From positions 47,988,001 to 48,052,000 of the forward strand of contig NC_043005.1 of assembly GCF_006345805.1 (NCBI RefSeq): a stretch of DNA of 64,000 bases, in the 5' to 3' direction. This document shows, piece after piece, positions 38,405 to 51,677 of the stretch. Position 1 is the first letter of the stretch; each line of letters opens with the position of its first letter. The translations under genes and the position numbers were made by a program. This stretch comes from Octopus sinensis. Its lineage: Eukaryota. The notes beneath the pieces were generated by a model. It made no database searches. It worked only from the letters and a program-made list of their open reading frames with translations, and had not been told where the DNA came from.

Positions 38405-38627
38405 GGATGGACAGGTAGATAGGTAGATAGATAGATGGACAGGTAGGTAGATAGGTAGGTAGGTAGGTAGGTAGGTAGGTAGGTAGGTAGATGGACAGGT
38501 AGGTAGGTAGGTAGGTAGGTAGGTAGGTACGTAGGTACGTAGGTACGTAGGTAGATAGATAGGTAGATAGACAGACAGATAGTTGGACAGATAGATAGAC
38601 AAATAGATACTTAGATAGATAGATAGG

Positions 38628-38688
<61 letters not shown>

Positions 38689-38690
38689 TT
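38095..38690. repeat. Compound (GATA)n/(GGTA)n microsatellite
   Basis: Directly visible; explains the YLSI/YLPT pseudo-ORFs. Confidence 0.95.
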
Positions 38691-39649
38691 CTTTATTGGC
38701 CACACAGGGCTGAACACAGAAGGGACAAAAAACACTGTAGAGCTTTTCTTTTTGTGGAGAAGAGAAGGAAAAAAAGAGGGTGGGTCGAATTCCAATCAAA
38801 AGGGATTGTGAAAAAAAAAGGTGGGGACGACCAATTAAATAGATAGATAGATAGATAGATAGATAGACAGGTTGCATATCAAATACTAAGAAATTCACAA
38901 AAGCAGAAGGGCAATTAAATCTTTATTTAAATTACACAAATTATGCACGCCCTCTTTTGTTTTTAATATGCCCAAAAATCTTGTGTGTTGAAGTCAAAAT
39001 AGAACAACTATTGTGCCAATGATGTCTTCTGATGAAGAAACGTGTGTTCACAACAGTCTTCTGATAGTCAAAATGTCTTATCCTTAAAGCACGTCACTTT
39101 TAAAGACCTCATGATGCTTGAGATTATCTCCCCTTCTCATTTGTGGTTGATCACAATTGCAAGTATTTGCTTACTCTTATCTTACTTTCAATATATCAAA
39201 AATTTTGTGTTCAGAAAATTTGCCATAGGAAATTTTGCCATAAACATGACACACAAACAGACTGTAAATAAAATAAATCATTTTAAAGAAATTACCTTTC
39301 TCTAAGTGGTAGATTAGTTGATAAAGTTACCATTTTAAGAAAACAGCTATTTTTTTTTTGCGATTTATTTTTTTTTATGGCTAATTTTCCTACAGCAAAA
39401 ATGTTGATGACAAAATTTCCTAAAACCACCAAATTTATCTTGCATTGTATTATGACCATAAATGACTATATATGGTACTATGACTATATATAATACTATG
39501 ACCATAAATGCATACACACTCACACACACACACTTTTATCTTTTACCTGTAATCTTTTAGTTGTTGCTTGGACTTTGGCCATACTGGGGCACTGCTTTAA
39601 AGAGTTTTAGTCAAACAGATCAATCCCCATAGTTATATATGGCGTTAGG

Positions 39650-39793
39650 AAGGGCATCAAGCTGTAGAAACATTGCCAGATTAGACTGGAGCCTGGTGCA
39701 GCCTTCTGGCTTCCCAGAACCCCGGTCGAACCGTCCAACCCATGCTAGCATGGAGAACGGACGTTAAACGATGATGATGATGATGATGATGAT
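39650..39793 (+). mobile_element. RTE LINE 3'-end fragment
   Basis: ggcgttaggaagggcatc...ccgtccaacccatgctagcatggagaacggacgttaaacgatgatg; nearly identical to 11297-11440. Confidence 0.8.
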
Positions 39794-39804
39794 ATATATA
39801 TATA

Positions 39805-40020
39805 AGACTCAGAAAATTTGCAAGGAACCCATTGACTCACTTTGCAGACTTTTCGATGGTATGCAACTGTTGATGAATGGTTGAATGACCAAATCCAAGC
39901 TTCTCTGCAAGTTCCTCAACAATTACAATGGGATTTTGTTCCACCAGGACATCCTTGTTGAGTTCTAGAGATCTTCCAGGATGCAGCTCATCTTCTAGGC
40001 TCTAGTATCCAGCTTAGAAT
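39805..40020 (-). mobile_element. mariner transposase N-terminal fragment
   Basis: Minus strand: VLVEQNPIVIVEELAEKLGFGHSTIHQQLHT...SQWVP (helix-turn-helix region and WVP motif). Confidence 0.6.
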
Positions 40021-40541
40021 TTCTATTGACACTGGCTTACACTTATTGTCTGATCCCTATGTACTGCATTACTATTCCTTGCACTTTCTGTTGCATTTTT
40101 TTTTTAACTTATAAAACAAAATAGGCCAAATATGCTCCTTTGTCACTTCCATTATAGCTTTGAAAAAATAACTGTTAAAATCAAACTGCACTCTTCAAAG
40201 CTTGCACTAAGAATAAGCACAAGGTAAAGTTACTACCTGCTTTTATAGCAAGTTGATGCAGGTAGTTTATCCCATCTCCCTCTGACTTTTAGTTTATGCA
40301 ATTGAAAAACAACACACTATTTATGAGATGACCCAAGATATATATATATATATATATATATACAGAGAGAGAGAAAGAGTTACATAAGATTTGAGTAAAA
40401 ATTCCTGTAGAATGCTATGCAAAGAATGTTGTGTAGAAATGTGTCAAAACAATTGTAGTGATTTTGAATAAAGTATATCGTTCGTTCCATTTTTCTATGT
40501 ATCAATCTATCTACCAACCTACCTATGTATAGAGACATAAG

Positions 40542-40796
40542 ATGGCTAGCTACGTATGGACTTTGAAAGATAACGAAACACCACATGTGATTAAATGGAA
40601 AGTAATTGAGAAATCCATACCATTTGTGAATGGATCAAATAAATGTAGACTTTGCTTGGCTGAAAGAGCACAGGTCGTGTTCAGATCTAATATCCTTGAC
40701 TCTCTATTAAACTCCAGGCCAGAAATTGTCAGTGGGTGCATGCATAAGTATCAATATATTTTAAAGAATTGGAAAATTTTGCCTATTCCTGACTGA
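40542..40796 (+). pseudogene. C-terminal part of a Penelope-type GIY-YIG endonuclease ORF
   Basis: ASYVWTLKDNETPHVIKWKVIEKSIPFVNGSNKCRLCLAER...LLNSRPEIVSGCMHK resembles the (Y/H)IWxLK..IKW..CxLCxxEK..LLNxR.E..xCxH pattern I recall for such ORFs; not confirmed by search. Confidence 0.7.
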
Positions 40797-40994
40797 CTTG
40801 ATATCTTTCCAGCCTTATCATTTAAGGTCGAAGGAGAATAACTCTTTTACCTTTTTACTTTTTTATTTTTTATACTTTAGTTTCTGTTTTGCATTTTCCG
40901 TTCTTTACTGTCTGTGCTTTTTATATGTTACCTTCTCAATTTTTTTCACATTTCTTCTATTATTCAATTTCTCTAGTTTGTTATGAGATGTGGT

Positions 40995-41050
40995 TTGCAC
41001 CTGAAGAATATGGTTGGGTTTTCTCAACATATGAAACTATTAGTAGCACT
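40995..41050 (+). ncRNA. Type I HHR motif (intact core, weak stem I)
   Basis: CTGAAGA (41001-07)-ATATGGTTG-GGTTTTCT-CAACATAT-GAAAC (41033-37)-TATTA-GTA^GCAC. Confidence 0.65.
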
Positions 41051-41139
41051 TTAATGCATGTATTGTGACCTTTAAATAAATAATATGTGTGTGTGTGTAG
41101 GTATGTATGCATGGTGGTATGTAAAAGTACCTTTCAAGT

Positions 41140-41432
41140 GTTGGGCTTCACGGAGGCAAGAACTGAGTCCATTTGGCATTATGCCATGTTTGAGAAGAAC
41201 ATCCATCAATCCAAGTAAAACCATGGTCATGGCAGATACCGGTGTCATGCAAATGGTACCTGTGCTAGTGGCACATAAAAGCACCCATTATACTCTTGGA
41301 GGGGGTTGGCATTAGGAAGGGCATCCAGCTGTGGAAACCTTGCCAAAACAGACTGGAGTCTGGTGCAGCCTTCCAGCTTCCCAGACCTGGTCAAACTGTC
41401 CAACCCATGCCAGCATGGACAATGGACATTAA

Positions 41433-41469
<37 letters not shown>

Positions 41470-41537
41470 CGATGATGATGATGATGACGATGAAGATGAT
41501 GATGACGACGACGACGACGACGACGACGACGATGATG
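41140..41537 (+). mobile_element. RTE LINE 3'-end fragment with a long (GAT/GAC)n tail
   Basis: ggcacataaaagcaccc...ggcattaggaagggcatccagctg...gtccaacccatgccagcatgg; tail at 41433-41537. Confidence 0.75.
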
Positions 41538-42042
41538 TATATATATATACATATAATATATATATATATAAAATCTGAAACCATACTAGTAAAATTTGTT
41601 TAATGCCCAGGCAAATTCTTCAAAATTACCATTTGTTGTGTATGTCTGTGTTCACACACATTATTCCATGCACATGTGTGTCTCTGTGCATGCATGCATA
41701 TGGAGACACATTTGATTGTTTCTTTCCGCATGCATGTTCGCACACTTGTACAGTTACTTTTGACTATCCTTATCAATATTTCAATATTCTCTTGTGATCA
41801 ACTCAACATTAGCCTTTAAATTTTTAAATGAGCTTTTGTATTGTCTGAAATAATAGGAAATTTCCTGAAAATAAACCGGTCAGAGTCTTAAAACGTGACA
41901 GTACTAATAGAGAAATAACCTTAATAAGAAAAGTGGACATGCTTAAAAGTCATTTGAAAGTTTTCATCGGAACCTTGTTCATGCATTCCTCAGTATAATG
42001 GTCTGGTGTTCGCAAAGTGATAATCGCTAAGTAGCTTTGTAA

Positions 42043-42119
42043 TCTATCAGCATATCACATTGAGAGCATCAGTTCTTGTTAGATCACCAAAGTTAAGCAG
42101 CATTGAGCCCAATTAGTAA
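42043..42119 (+). pseudogene. Degenerate 5S rRNA-derived fragment (5' ~77 nt)
   Basis: tctatcagcatatcacattgagagcatcagttcttgttagatcaccaaagttaagcagcattgagcccaattagta aligns to invertebrate 5S (CATACCACGTTGAAAGCACCGGTTCTCGTCCGATCACCGAAGTTAAGC..GAGCCCGGTTAGTA); the 3' third is absent. Confidence 0.7.
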
Positions 42120-42135
42120 TTTTTTCAGGTTTCAT

Positions 42136-42550
42136 GGAGCAGGCATGACTGCCTGGCAAGAAGTTTGCTTTCCAACCACATGGTCCTGGGTTCAGGTTCA
42201 GTGGTTGGTTCTAGGTTCAGTCCCGCTGCTTGATACCTTGGGCATGCATCTTCTTTAGCTTTGGGCCAACCAAAGCCTTGCAGTGGATTTGGCAGACTGA
42301 AACTGAAAGAGGCCCGTTGTTTGTGTGGTGTGTGTGTGTGTATTTATGTGTTTGTGTATGCTTCCCCCACCATCACTTGACAACCAAAGTTGGTGTATTT
42401 ATGTCCCAGTAACATAGCAGTTTGGCAAAAGGGACTGATAGAATAAGTACTAGGCTTACAAAGAATAAGTCCTAGGGTCGATTTGTTCAACTAAAAGTGG
42501 TGCTCCAGCATGCCTACAGTCAAGTGATTGAAACAAGTAAAAGAGTAAAT
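42136..42550 (+). mobile_element. tRNA-derived SINE (family A)
   Basis: ggagcaggcatgactgcc..ccaaccacatggtcctgggttcag...gattgaaacaagtaaaagagtaaa. Confidence 0.8.
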
Positions 42551-43648
42551 ATTTGGGGGAATTAAGCAATTTATTGCAAATAAATTTTAACAAAATCGTA
42601 TATGGACCTCCAAGGGTCATATGGACTGTAGTTGAGAATGGCTGCTTTATATAAAGTACCAAATAAAGGAAATAAGATTTCCCATCTTTAAACCCATGAC
42701 TCTTCTAACCATCAAGAATTTTTGAAATCGTACAGGTAAATGACTCTAGCATCCATTCTATCTGACATAAATATCAGTTATTCCCCCATAAAACTCTAAA
42801 GAACAACATCTGTTTGTTTAAAAGGAAATCTCTACATTTATTTACATGAAATCATGGCTTTCCATATGCTTTGATTCACAAAGTTCAATCAAAATTGTTC
42901 ATATGACACTGGTGCTTTGTGAAACAACTGTATTCTGATAGACTTTATGCCAATAGTTTGCAATATTTGCCAGTTGAGATGGTCAGGGATTCTTTTCAAA
43001 GAAGGTTTAATAATGAAGTACCAGAAAGCTAAAAGTAGATTATTCTATGTCTTGGTAAAGGGAGAAAAGGGCAGCATCCTCAGATTGGAGACCTGGCTTG
43101 AATGCTTGCAACATTAAAAAACTTCACTAAAGATAGCTAAGAAACCAAATGGTAGTGTTGAAAAAATAGAATATATCTGTTACTTAAGAACAGGAACAGT
43201 TCCTTCAATGGGCTCCCACAGGGTTTCTATCCTGTCAAATGTCACTCATAAAGTTGTGAAGTGAAACATTTTCTAAAAATGCAATCAGAAGAATTTTGTG
43301 ATTCTAATTATAAGTGAGTGAGTCAGTTGGAAAATATATAAAAAGTAAAGATAACGAACACAAAATATATATCTATGCATAATTTCAAAGTTGTCCCTTG
43401 GACATCAGTAGCATTATTCCCTGTTGGAATATTTTCATCAGACAGAAAAGGAGCAAACAATTATCCAAATCTTCTCTTTGAGCATCGATAGCAAAATACC
43501 CGTGTGATATTTTCATTTGGTTGACCAGTGAAGGAGCCGAGTCTTATTTCCAGATGGAAATAAACTGGCATGCAGTACTAAATGAACAAAGATGTGCCCT
43601 GAAGTTAAACATCAACTACATCCTGACAAGAGCAGTCTCCAAAATTAT

Positions 43649-43860
43649 TTAGATGCCTGGAGACCCTGTAGAATACATCTTGTTCACTGGCATTTGTAAG
43701 AAACAGAGGTGGTGTCTTAGACTTTTGTTTTCCCCAACTTCACTGCTCTCAGTAATTCTACTCCACTTCTTCACTTCTTCTGTCTCTAGGGCCTTATTAA
43801 TGAAGAAATTTTCAAATTGCTTCCCTAAAAGTTTTAGGGTTTGTTTGACAAACTCAATCC
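43649..43860 (-). CDS. Unidentified spliced gene, last coding exon (E5)
   Basis: Acceptor tttctatttgtag|GG; phase 1; reads (G)IEFVKQTLKLLGKQFENFFINKALETEEVKKWSR...GSPGI-TAA (212 nt). Confidence 0.6.
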
Positions 43861-45431
43861 CTACAAATAGAAATATTCAATATGTTGTATTTTTTTTTTA
43901 TGAATTGTAGTGACAGCAAATTTCAAACTATGTTCCCATTAACCGTTCATATGACATTCAAGACTGAATGAAGAAAAGTCCTTGTTTCAACTTATAGCAG
44001 GACTCATGACAATTTCTATGAAATGAAGTAATTTAGCAACAGATGGTCCATAGACTATTTGATCCATAAACTATTAGTAGTATAATTAAAGAAAGATTTT
44101 ATTGTCTCTCTCTCTAATTTTTTGTGCAAACAGCCTTACAGTGAATCATGTTATATCATAGTAAGTTACTAACATGATTTACTTTACATATATTGCTCTA
44201 CAGACAGGTTTCACAGTAGATTAAGTTGCCTTCATGTTACCTTTCTTTGACATGCACCACATAAAGTTTTTCAAGGATTATCAAGCTGTGAGACTGCTCT
44301 AGAGACTAGCTTTACAGCAATAAAATCACTAACTCATTGCACCCTACACGCTACAGAATTTTTAGTACATGGAACTGATTCTGAGTCGATAATAAATGCT
44401 ACATTGCTGCTTATGCAAACCAACTTTACGTGATATATTTTGGAATGGCTAATGTTATTAATATTTTCAAACTCTGCTTTATTGCAAATTAAGCCTACAC
44501 AGGTAGTTACTTACAATGATGAGATCTTTGGTTACAGTTCATCATGCCTCATGTAATTTTTGCTCTGTAATGCCAACATTTTTACTGCCTGATAACATCA
44601 ATATTAAACGCTGTTTTGCTGAGCTCCCCATCTGTTAAATAATGAAAACTAGTAAGTGTGACATTAGTTTAGAAATTATACATTATTATTGTCATCTCGT
44701 TTGCTTAACTGTAGTCTTACACTATTAATCACACAACCGTATAACTAAAATATCACAGCAGCTCACCCATGTCTTATCCAAATATATTTGCATACTCCAG
44801 AGGATAACACTATGTTCATTATCCCCAAATATCTCTGATGTATGCTTTTAACATGTTTCAGCTGCTGGCTGGGAGCTTTTATTTCCTTGTAAATTTTCAC
44901 ATGGAGATATTAACCACCTTGTTGTGTCTTCTCTATTCTAAAATGCTTAGAGTGGAACATTTAGCAAGAATATAGCTGATGGTTTGATTAAGCTAACCAT
45001 ATGTATAATTCAGTCTTGTTATTTTGCTCTAGTACATATTCGTTGTCTTGTGTTGTTGTTGGCAGGATCTTGTTGTAAGCAACAATTATCAAGCCTTCAG
45101 TTTCATATTTCAACCAAAGGTCTTGGAATTAAACATAGATATTTCTTACTATTTGTTTTCTGTTAGTTCAGGGCTTTATCCATGAAGGTGTTCTAATTCA
45201 TTTTCTATGTTCATTTTCTTAGTTGATTTGTGTTTTACTTCTTCCTTTAAATATATTACACTTATTGTTATGCCTGAACACTCTGGAACATGTCTGTTTA
45301 ATGCTTGTACCAAAGTGTTACCATACATGCTAAACGAGATTTATGAATGTATTGCAACACGTTTGTGTAATGAACGCATATATTTAAATTTTACAAGTGA
45401 ACGTAAAACATCTACTTCTGGGTACACATAC

Positions 45432-45475
45432 CAATTGTAGGGCCTTCAAGATCCTTACAGTCCTCTTCTTTAATC
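45432..45475 (-). CDS. Unidentified gene, exon E4 (44 nt)
   Basis: ttttcaaggcag|G ATT AAA...ACA ATT G|gtatgt; reads (R)IKEEDCKDLEGPTI(G); phases 2 and 1 match neighbours. Confidence 0.6.
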
Positions 45476-45989
45476 CTGCCTTGAAAAATATATATGGCAT
45501 GTGAAGAAGTTGAAATTTTGTTAATTTTGTTTTTGCATTAACTTGGTTGGGTAGTAAGTTCCTCTAAATCTTCTAGTCTTATTATGTTAAACATGTATCA
45601 TATCGCAGTTTCACATGTGCTTCTTATGAGCTATTTATATAGTATTTATAACAGGGTTTCATCAATGAATAATAGAATATATTGGGTTTTATAAATTTTC
45701 CTTTAATACATCAAGACATGTAATTGATTGCTACTGCAAACAGTTGTGATATTTTTTAAATTCCAAAATTTAAAAAGATTGAAGAAAAGGTCATTGATAA
45801 TGATATTGATAGTTTTCTGATGTTCATAATGGCAGTGATTGAAATAATAATGATGTTATATGTCTGGGTAAAGATCCCCTGTGGTCATGAATGGCCATGG
45901 GATTGCACCAAGAAAGTTACTCTTCAATGCACAATTCTGGGCAAGGTTGTTTATAGAAGACCAACAGTTACCCATGCATACCAGCCTCC

Positions 45990-46330
45990 CTGCATGGCTA
46001 AATAGTTAGAGAATTGGGTTCGTAATCATGTGGTGAGTTCACTTCCTAGACAGAGTTGTGCATTGTGTTCTTGAGCAAGACATTTTATTTCATGTTGCTC
46101 AAGTTCACTCAGCTATAGAAATGAGTTGTGACGCCACTGGCACCAAACTGTATCAGCTTTTGCCTTTCCCTTGGATAACATCAATGGTGTGGAGAGGGAT
46201 CACTAGTATGCATGGGCCACTGCTAGTCTTCCATAAGCAACCTTGCCTACACATGTGCCTCAGAGAGTAACTTTCTGTGTGCAATACCATGGTCATTCAT
46301 GACTGAAGGAGGTCTTTATCCTTTACCCTT
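45990..46330 (+). mobile_element. tRNA-headed SINE (family C)
   Basis: tgtgttcttgagcaagacattttatttcatgttgctc; related to 15920-16170. Confidence 0.55.
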
Positions 46331-48813
46331 TTTTATATGTCTAGGGCCTATAAGAGGAGGAGAGTTCAGCTGAGGCCCAGAGAGCTAAGGAGGAATGAGT
46401 GAAAATGTGTCTGTCACTTCACCAAAAAGAAACTTCACTATCACCTTCTCTGAATTTTGAGAACTCACCCCCCCCCCGACCAACCCACTGATCCAGGGTC
46501 CCAAAAGTAGTCTTGCTTCCTTTGCCATAATTCTCTATCAAACCCTGGTTGTGACAACAAAGGTTGTCAGAGGCTCAATATACCTTTGATTCTTTCTCTA
46601 ATTCAGTTAGTTTGATTCTAACTGATTTACTAGCATTCACACACCAAATCTGGCTCAAATCACAACCTTTGCAAGATGACCAGAAATGATGTGGATACAA
46701 TGGTACGATGTATATGTACTCAATGTTGTACTAACATGAGAAGCATGCAGAAAAGAGGGCTTTCTAAAGTTAAATGTGACAAAAAAAAAATTATGTATTT
46801 GGTAAGTTCCAAATAGAATTCATCACCAGACTCCTAGATTTTCAGGAAACCATGGTAATTAAAGCACACTATTATTATTTGCTTATTCAGTTTCCTGTTC
46901 ACCTTGTTCCAGTTATAAAACTTAACATGGTTACAGACAATGAACTGAGTGCAGAAAGTTAATTTCATGATAATATTTTCATCATCATCATCATCTTCAT
47001 CATCATTGTCTTTTTATATTCGTTTTCCATGTTAGCATGTGTAGGACAGTTTGACAGGAGCTGGCTAGCTGGAGAGCTGTACTAGGCTCCAACCGTCTGT
47101 TTAGGTATGGTTTCTATAGCAGGATGCCCTTCCTAATTTCAACCACTTTACAAAGTGTAACAGGTGCTTTTTATGTGGTGCCACCATGGGTTAAGTACCT
47201 TTTATTTCCAACAAAATTCTGATAGGTCTTTCAGTATCATATCAATTCTTATAAATTTGTTATGAATTTATATATTTTCAATTTGTGTGTGTGTAATTCT
47301 ATGCAGGTGTATTTTTTTTTATATATTTATATATTTTTGTTTATGTAGTTCTATATTTCTGCTGGCATATTTTATACATTTCTATATGTCATACATTTTA
47401 TATAGTTTCAATTTACATATTATGACAAAAATTTATTAGATTTTTCCTGAAAAAGTACAATGGCTCCAGGCAATGGTAGCAATTAAACTCTGTTATTAAA
47501 GTTTTCTTGTCTTAATTACATTACATTATGAGATTTCCTGTAATAACAATGATATTTGCAAGCATCTTACATGATAAGTAATAAAGCATCTACAATCAAA
47601 TTACAATAATGCAATATTAAGACATTATTATTTGAATACTATCATTATTAACAGTATTGAGCATCATTACGAGTAGTAGTAGTTGTAGTGGTGGTGGTGG
47701 TGGTGGTGGTGGTGGCGGTGGCGGTGGTGGCGGTGGCGGCAGTGGCGGCAGCAGCAGCAGTAGTAGTACTAGTAGTAGTAGTAGACTGTAAATTCATTGC
47801 TGCCTTTCATAAAACTTATTAATCAAAGAATCTATCATGAAATCTAATAAATTTCATATAAATATTCTTAAGTCACACTAAAACATTTAATGCAATGTTG
47901 TATGGTTTATGTAAATATTTATGAACACTAAATGTCACAATTTGTCTTTATTATACTATAAGTTTCAAAGAATCTGCCTTGTTGATGAATTCTCTAGCAT
48001 ATTTTAAATAAATCTCATTATATTTGAATCATGTTAAGAGATTTTATTAAAGAAAAGTAATCGTTCTTCTATATATTCAATGAGACTTGAAAAATAATGA
48101 GTTGTAATGGTAGCAAATTTGTTGAGGTTTTTTTTTTTACTGATAACATAGGTAGAATGAGTTCATTGTGTACACCTCTCAGTGCAAGTTACCAAAATAA
48201 GTTAATTTGTAGATATTCGTATTTCATAATGAGATATTTTTTTCACTTTTAAATAGTTGACTGAAATGAATAAAATATTTCCTTTTTAAATGACTTTTCA
48301 AATGTAAGTATTTAAAAGTGATGCACCAGCTTGTTTTGAGGCTATTTCTCAATATGGTGCACCAACTTGATGTCTTGAAGCTATTAGAAACATATTTGAA
48401 ACAAAGGGATTCTCATTTCCTCTTCAACACAAGTATTTTCATCATTTCACAATTTGATATCCTTGATTAGTGAAAATCCAATCTCACTTCAATAAGCTTG
48501 TAGGAAACTGCACAATGGTAAAGCACAACAATTTCAGAAGCTAATCCTGAACTGATAGCCAGAATATCAAAGATATTTCAATGTTTCGTGATCAGGCTAT
48601 ATTCACTTGAATATGTTTGCTGTAAAATTCAAAATTGTGACAGGCAGGAAAATGTATCTTATCCAATCAAAATATTTTTGCAGTTAATGAAACAACGTTA
48701 AAAACTGTTCTTCAATGCAATAAGTGTTTTGGATTCCTAAGCCTGAAAGAGACAGGCTTCTGTTAGATGCCTGAGAAACTTTAAGTCACATGGAGCTAAA
48801 TCAAAAACTTTTA

Positions 48814-48850
<37 letters not shown>

Positions 48851-49069
48851 GAAATAAGGTACTCAGAAATCTGGAAGGATTTATATTTACAGATATTTAT
48901 TAATATGTCACATGTCTTTATAATTCATATAATATTGCTTGCATCTACTCTAGTGGAGTCTTCAGATTGAATTTTTCAGATTTTGTCTCTTTTTATAGTA
49001 TTATTGAGTGTGTAGGGGTGGAGAGAGATATAAGATAGTACAAGAGGGTGAGGAATGAGGAGAAAATGA

Positions 49070-49560
49070 GAGAGAGTGCGTGTGTGTGTGCTTTTGTATC
49101 TGAAAGAAGTGTCAATGGAAAAGAGAAGGAAAGGAAGAAGGAAGAGAGAAAGAAGAAAAAAAATGTGTTTACTTTTATATAGTTGGTCAGTTCTTTCAAT
49201 AGAAAGTGATTCTTGGCTTTTAGAAATGGCAAACCCAGGTGGTTTCTCCGGGGGGAGGGATGTTATTTTAAAAATAATTGCCTGGATTTCTTTCTATCAT
49301 TGCCTTGTGAGAGAGAGAGAGAGAGAGAGAGTGAGTGTGTGTGTGTGTGGGGGGGGGTCTGTGTATCTGAAAGAAGTGTCAATGGAAAAGAGAAAGAAAG
49401 AAAGAAGGAAGAGAGAAAGAAGAAAAAATGTGTTGACATCTTTCAATAGAAAGTGGTTCTTGTCCTTTTAAAAATGGTAAAATCAGGTGGCAACTCCAAG
49501 GGGGGTGGGGGTCTCTTGGTTTTCAAAACAATTTTTGTTTGGATTTCTTTTCATCATTGA
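49070..49560. repeat. Local tandem duplication of a ~260-bp unit
   Basis: gtatctgaaagaagtgtcaatggaaaagagaa...ctttcaatagaaagtg...caggtgg occurs at about 49095 and 49360. Confidence 0.8.
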
Positions 49561-50258
49561 ATGATGTGTGTGTGTGTGTGCACATGTGTGTGTGTGCGCA
49601 TGTGTGTGTGCGTGTGTTTGTGTCTGTTTGTCTCCCACCACTGCTTGACAACTGGTGTCGATGTGTTTACAACCCCATAACATAGTGGTTCAGTAAAAGA
49701 GACTGATAGAATAAGTACCAGGCTTTAAGAAAATGTGAATAACTGAGGTCAATTCTTTCGAATAAAACATTCTTCAAAGCGGTGCCCTAGCATGGCCATA
49801 GTATAATGACTGAAACAAGTGAAAGATAAATGATAAAAGATGCTGCATTCTACAAAATGTCTTCCAGAAATGAATACAGCATTGCATGGAATACAATAAA
49901 CATGTCTCAAAATTCCATCTTTGCATTAAGGAACTTTAGGAAGTTGTTTAGTTCCAGATTAGACCTGATTCAGTTGACTTATGATCAGATATAATAGCTT
50001 TCACTGTCCCATGTTTTTAGGAGTATATCTTTTATCTTCTGTCTTTTACTGGTTTCTGTCATTAGACTGGGTCAGTGTTGGATCAACTATTAAGCAAAAT
50101 AAGCATGTGCTTAGGGCATCACAGAAATGGTAAATGGTTTACAGAACAAAAGAAATCACTTTAAACTTGCTAAAATAATATTTGAAGTGGTTTATATGAT
50201 CGGAAATATAATTTCAAAGTGTTCATAGTTAAGATCCGATGAAAGACATTGTAATTAA

Positions 50259-50828
50259 TATTGGGTTGTCCAGAATGTTTGTGCTGATTTTTAAAGGAAA
50301 GAAAATGGTCAATAAATACTTGCCATTACATTTTCAATCAACAAATATGAACCATTTTGTTGCACAATGCGTCTTCAACTTTCCTTTAACTTGAAAATAC
50401 CCTCTTTCCAGAATTGAGGTGGTTTCATGGCAAAGAATTCATCAAGGTATCTTTTCACGTCATCCAAGGAATTGAGATTTTTACCATTAAGACTATTCTA
50501 CAGAGACCTAAATAAGTGAAAATCTGAAGGAGCAATATCTGGTGAATATGGAGGGTGGGGTAACACATCCCAGCCGAGCTGCAGCAATTTTTGTCTGGTT
50601 CCCAAAGCATCAAGTGCCGAAAATGAACATTCTTATCTTCCATTTTTAAAGGGTTACAGAATTAACACAGTTTATAGGAACATAAATCTTCTTCCACGAA
50701 AAGATAGCTTAAACTGTGCTCTAAATGGAGGTGTAGTCAAATCCTATTCTATGGACTCAACCATGTTCTAAAATAAGTCGAAAGGTAAGCTACTATAAAT
50801 CGGCACAAACTTTCCGGACAACCTAATA
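50259..50828 (-). mobile_element. Internally deleted mariner element
   Basis: TA-ttgggttgtccagaatgtttgtgc / gcacaaactttccggacaacctaa-TA TIRs; transposase C-terminus HPPYSPDIAPSDFHLFRSL. Confidence 0.9.
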
Positions 50829-51175
50829 GAAAGAAAAGGTTTTCAGGTATAAATAAAGTGAAAGTATACAAACATAAACATTAAACTCTTAGATTTGTTT
50901 CATTTTGAAAAATAAAAATTTAGTTTAAAATTTATAATTGTTTATATTCTAAATTACATATACATGAGGGCACCAAAATTTTTTAATTCAACCCTGGACT
51001 TGGTTATGATGGAACATTGCCTTGAATAATTTTTAATCAAATGAATCGACTCCACTACTTTTTTTTTATGACCTGGAACTAGGTTAGATTACAGGGATGT
51101 AAAGAAACCAACACCAGTGGTCAAGCAGTGATGGGGGACAAACACAGACACAATGATACACACACACACACACAC

Positions 51176-51221
<46 letters not shown>

Positions 51222-51444
51222 TATACAACAGGCGTCTTTCAGTTTCTGTCTACCACATCCACTTACAAGGTTCCGGTCAGCCTGAAACTATAATAGAAGG
51301 CACTTGCCCAAGATGCCATGTAGTGAAACTGAACCCAGAATCATGTGGCTGGGAAGCAAGCTTCTTACCACACAGCCACGCCTGCACCTATATCTATGTT
51401 TACATTATCCAATGTAAACTTTTTTTAAGATGGTATGATATGGT

Positions 51445-51677
51445 TTAACCCTTTAGCATTTGAATTGGCCACATCAAGCCTGAATATTCTACACTTTTTT
51501 TATGTTCAAAGCAACCAAATTCAACTTCTTACATACCTACCATACAATCTCATTCAAAAAAATCTACTATCACATCATGGAAATCTAGAAACTGTGAGAT
51601 AATGCATGATTAATTCAAACCAATTTGAATAAATAAGCATTACCTTTGACAGAACAATCTGAATGCTGAAAGGTTAA
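51445..51677. mobile_element. piggyBac-like MITE
   Basis: TTAA-ccctttagcatt ... aatgctgaaagg-TTAA. Confidence 0.7.

Larger units (their letters stand above)
40530..41085 (+). mobile_element. 5'-truncated Penelope-like element (endonuclease C-terminus plus 3' UTR/pseudo-LTR with HHR)
   Basis: ORF end followed by a T-rich UTR and a CTGAAGA..GAAAC core on the same strand; begins at a (TATC)n-like tract. Confidence 0.75.

Noticed and set aside
42043-42119. Functional 5S rRNA gene
   Set aside because: It is truncated and heavily substituted, so it is kept only as a pseudogene fragment.
48900-48975. Minus-strand CTGAAGA-CTC-CACTA-GAG resembling an HHR 5' half
   Set aside because: No GAAA follows stem II and there is no stem I partner.
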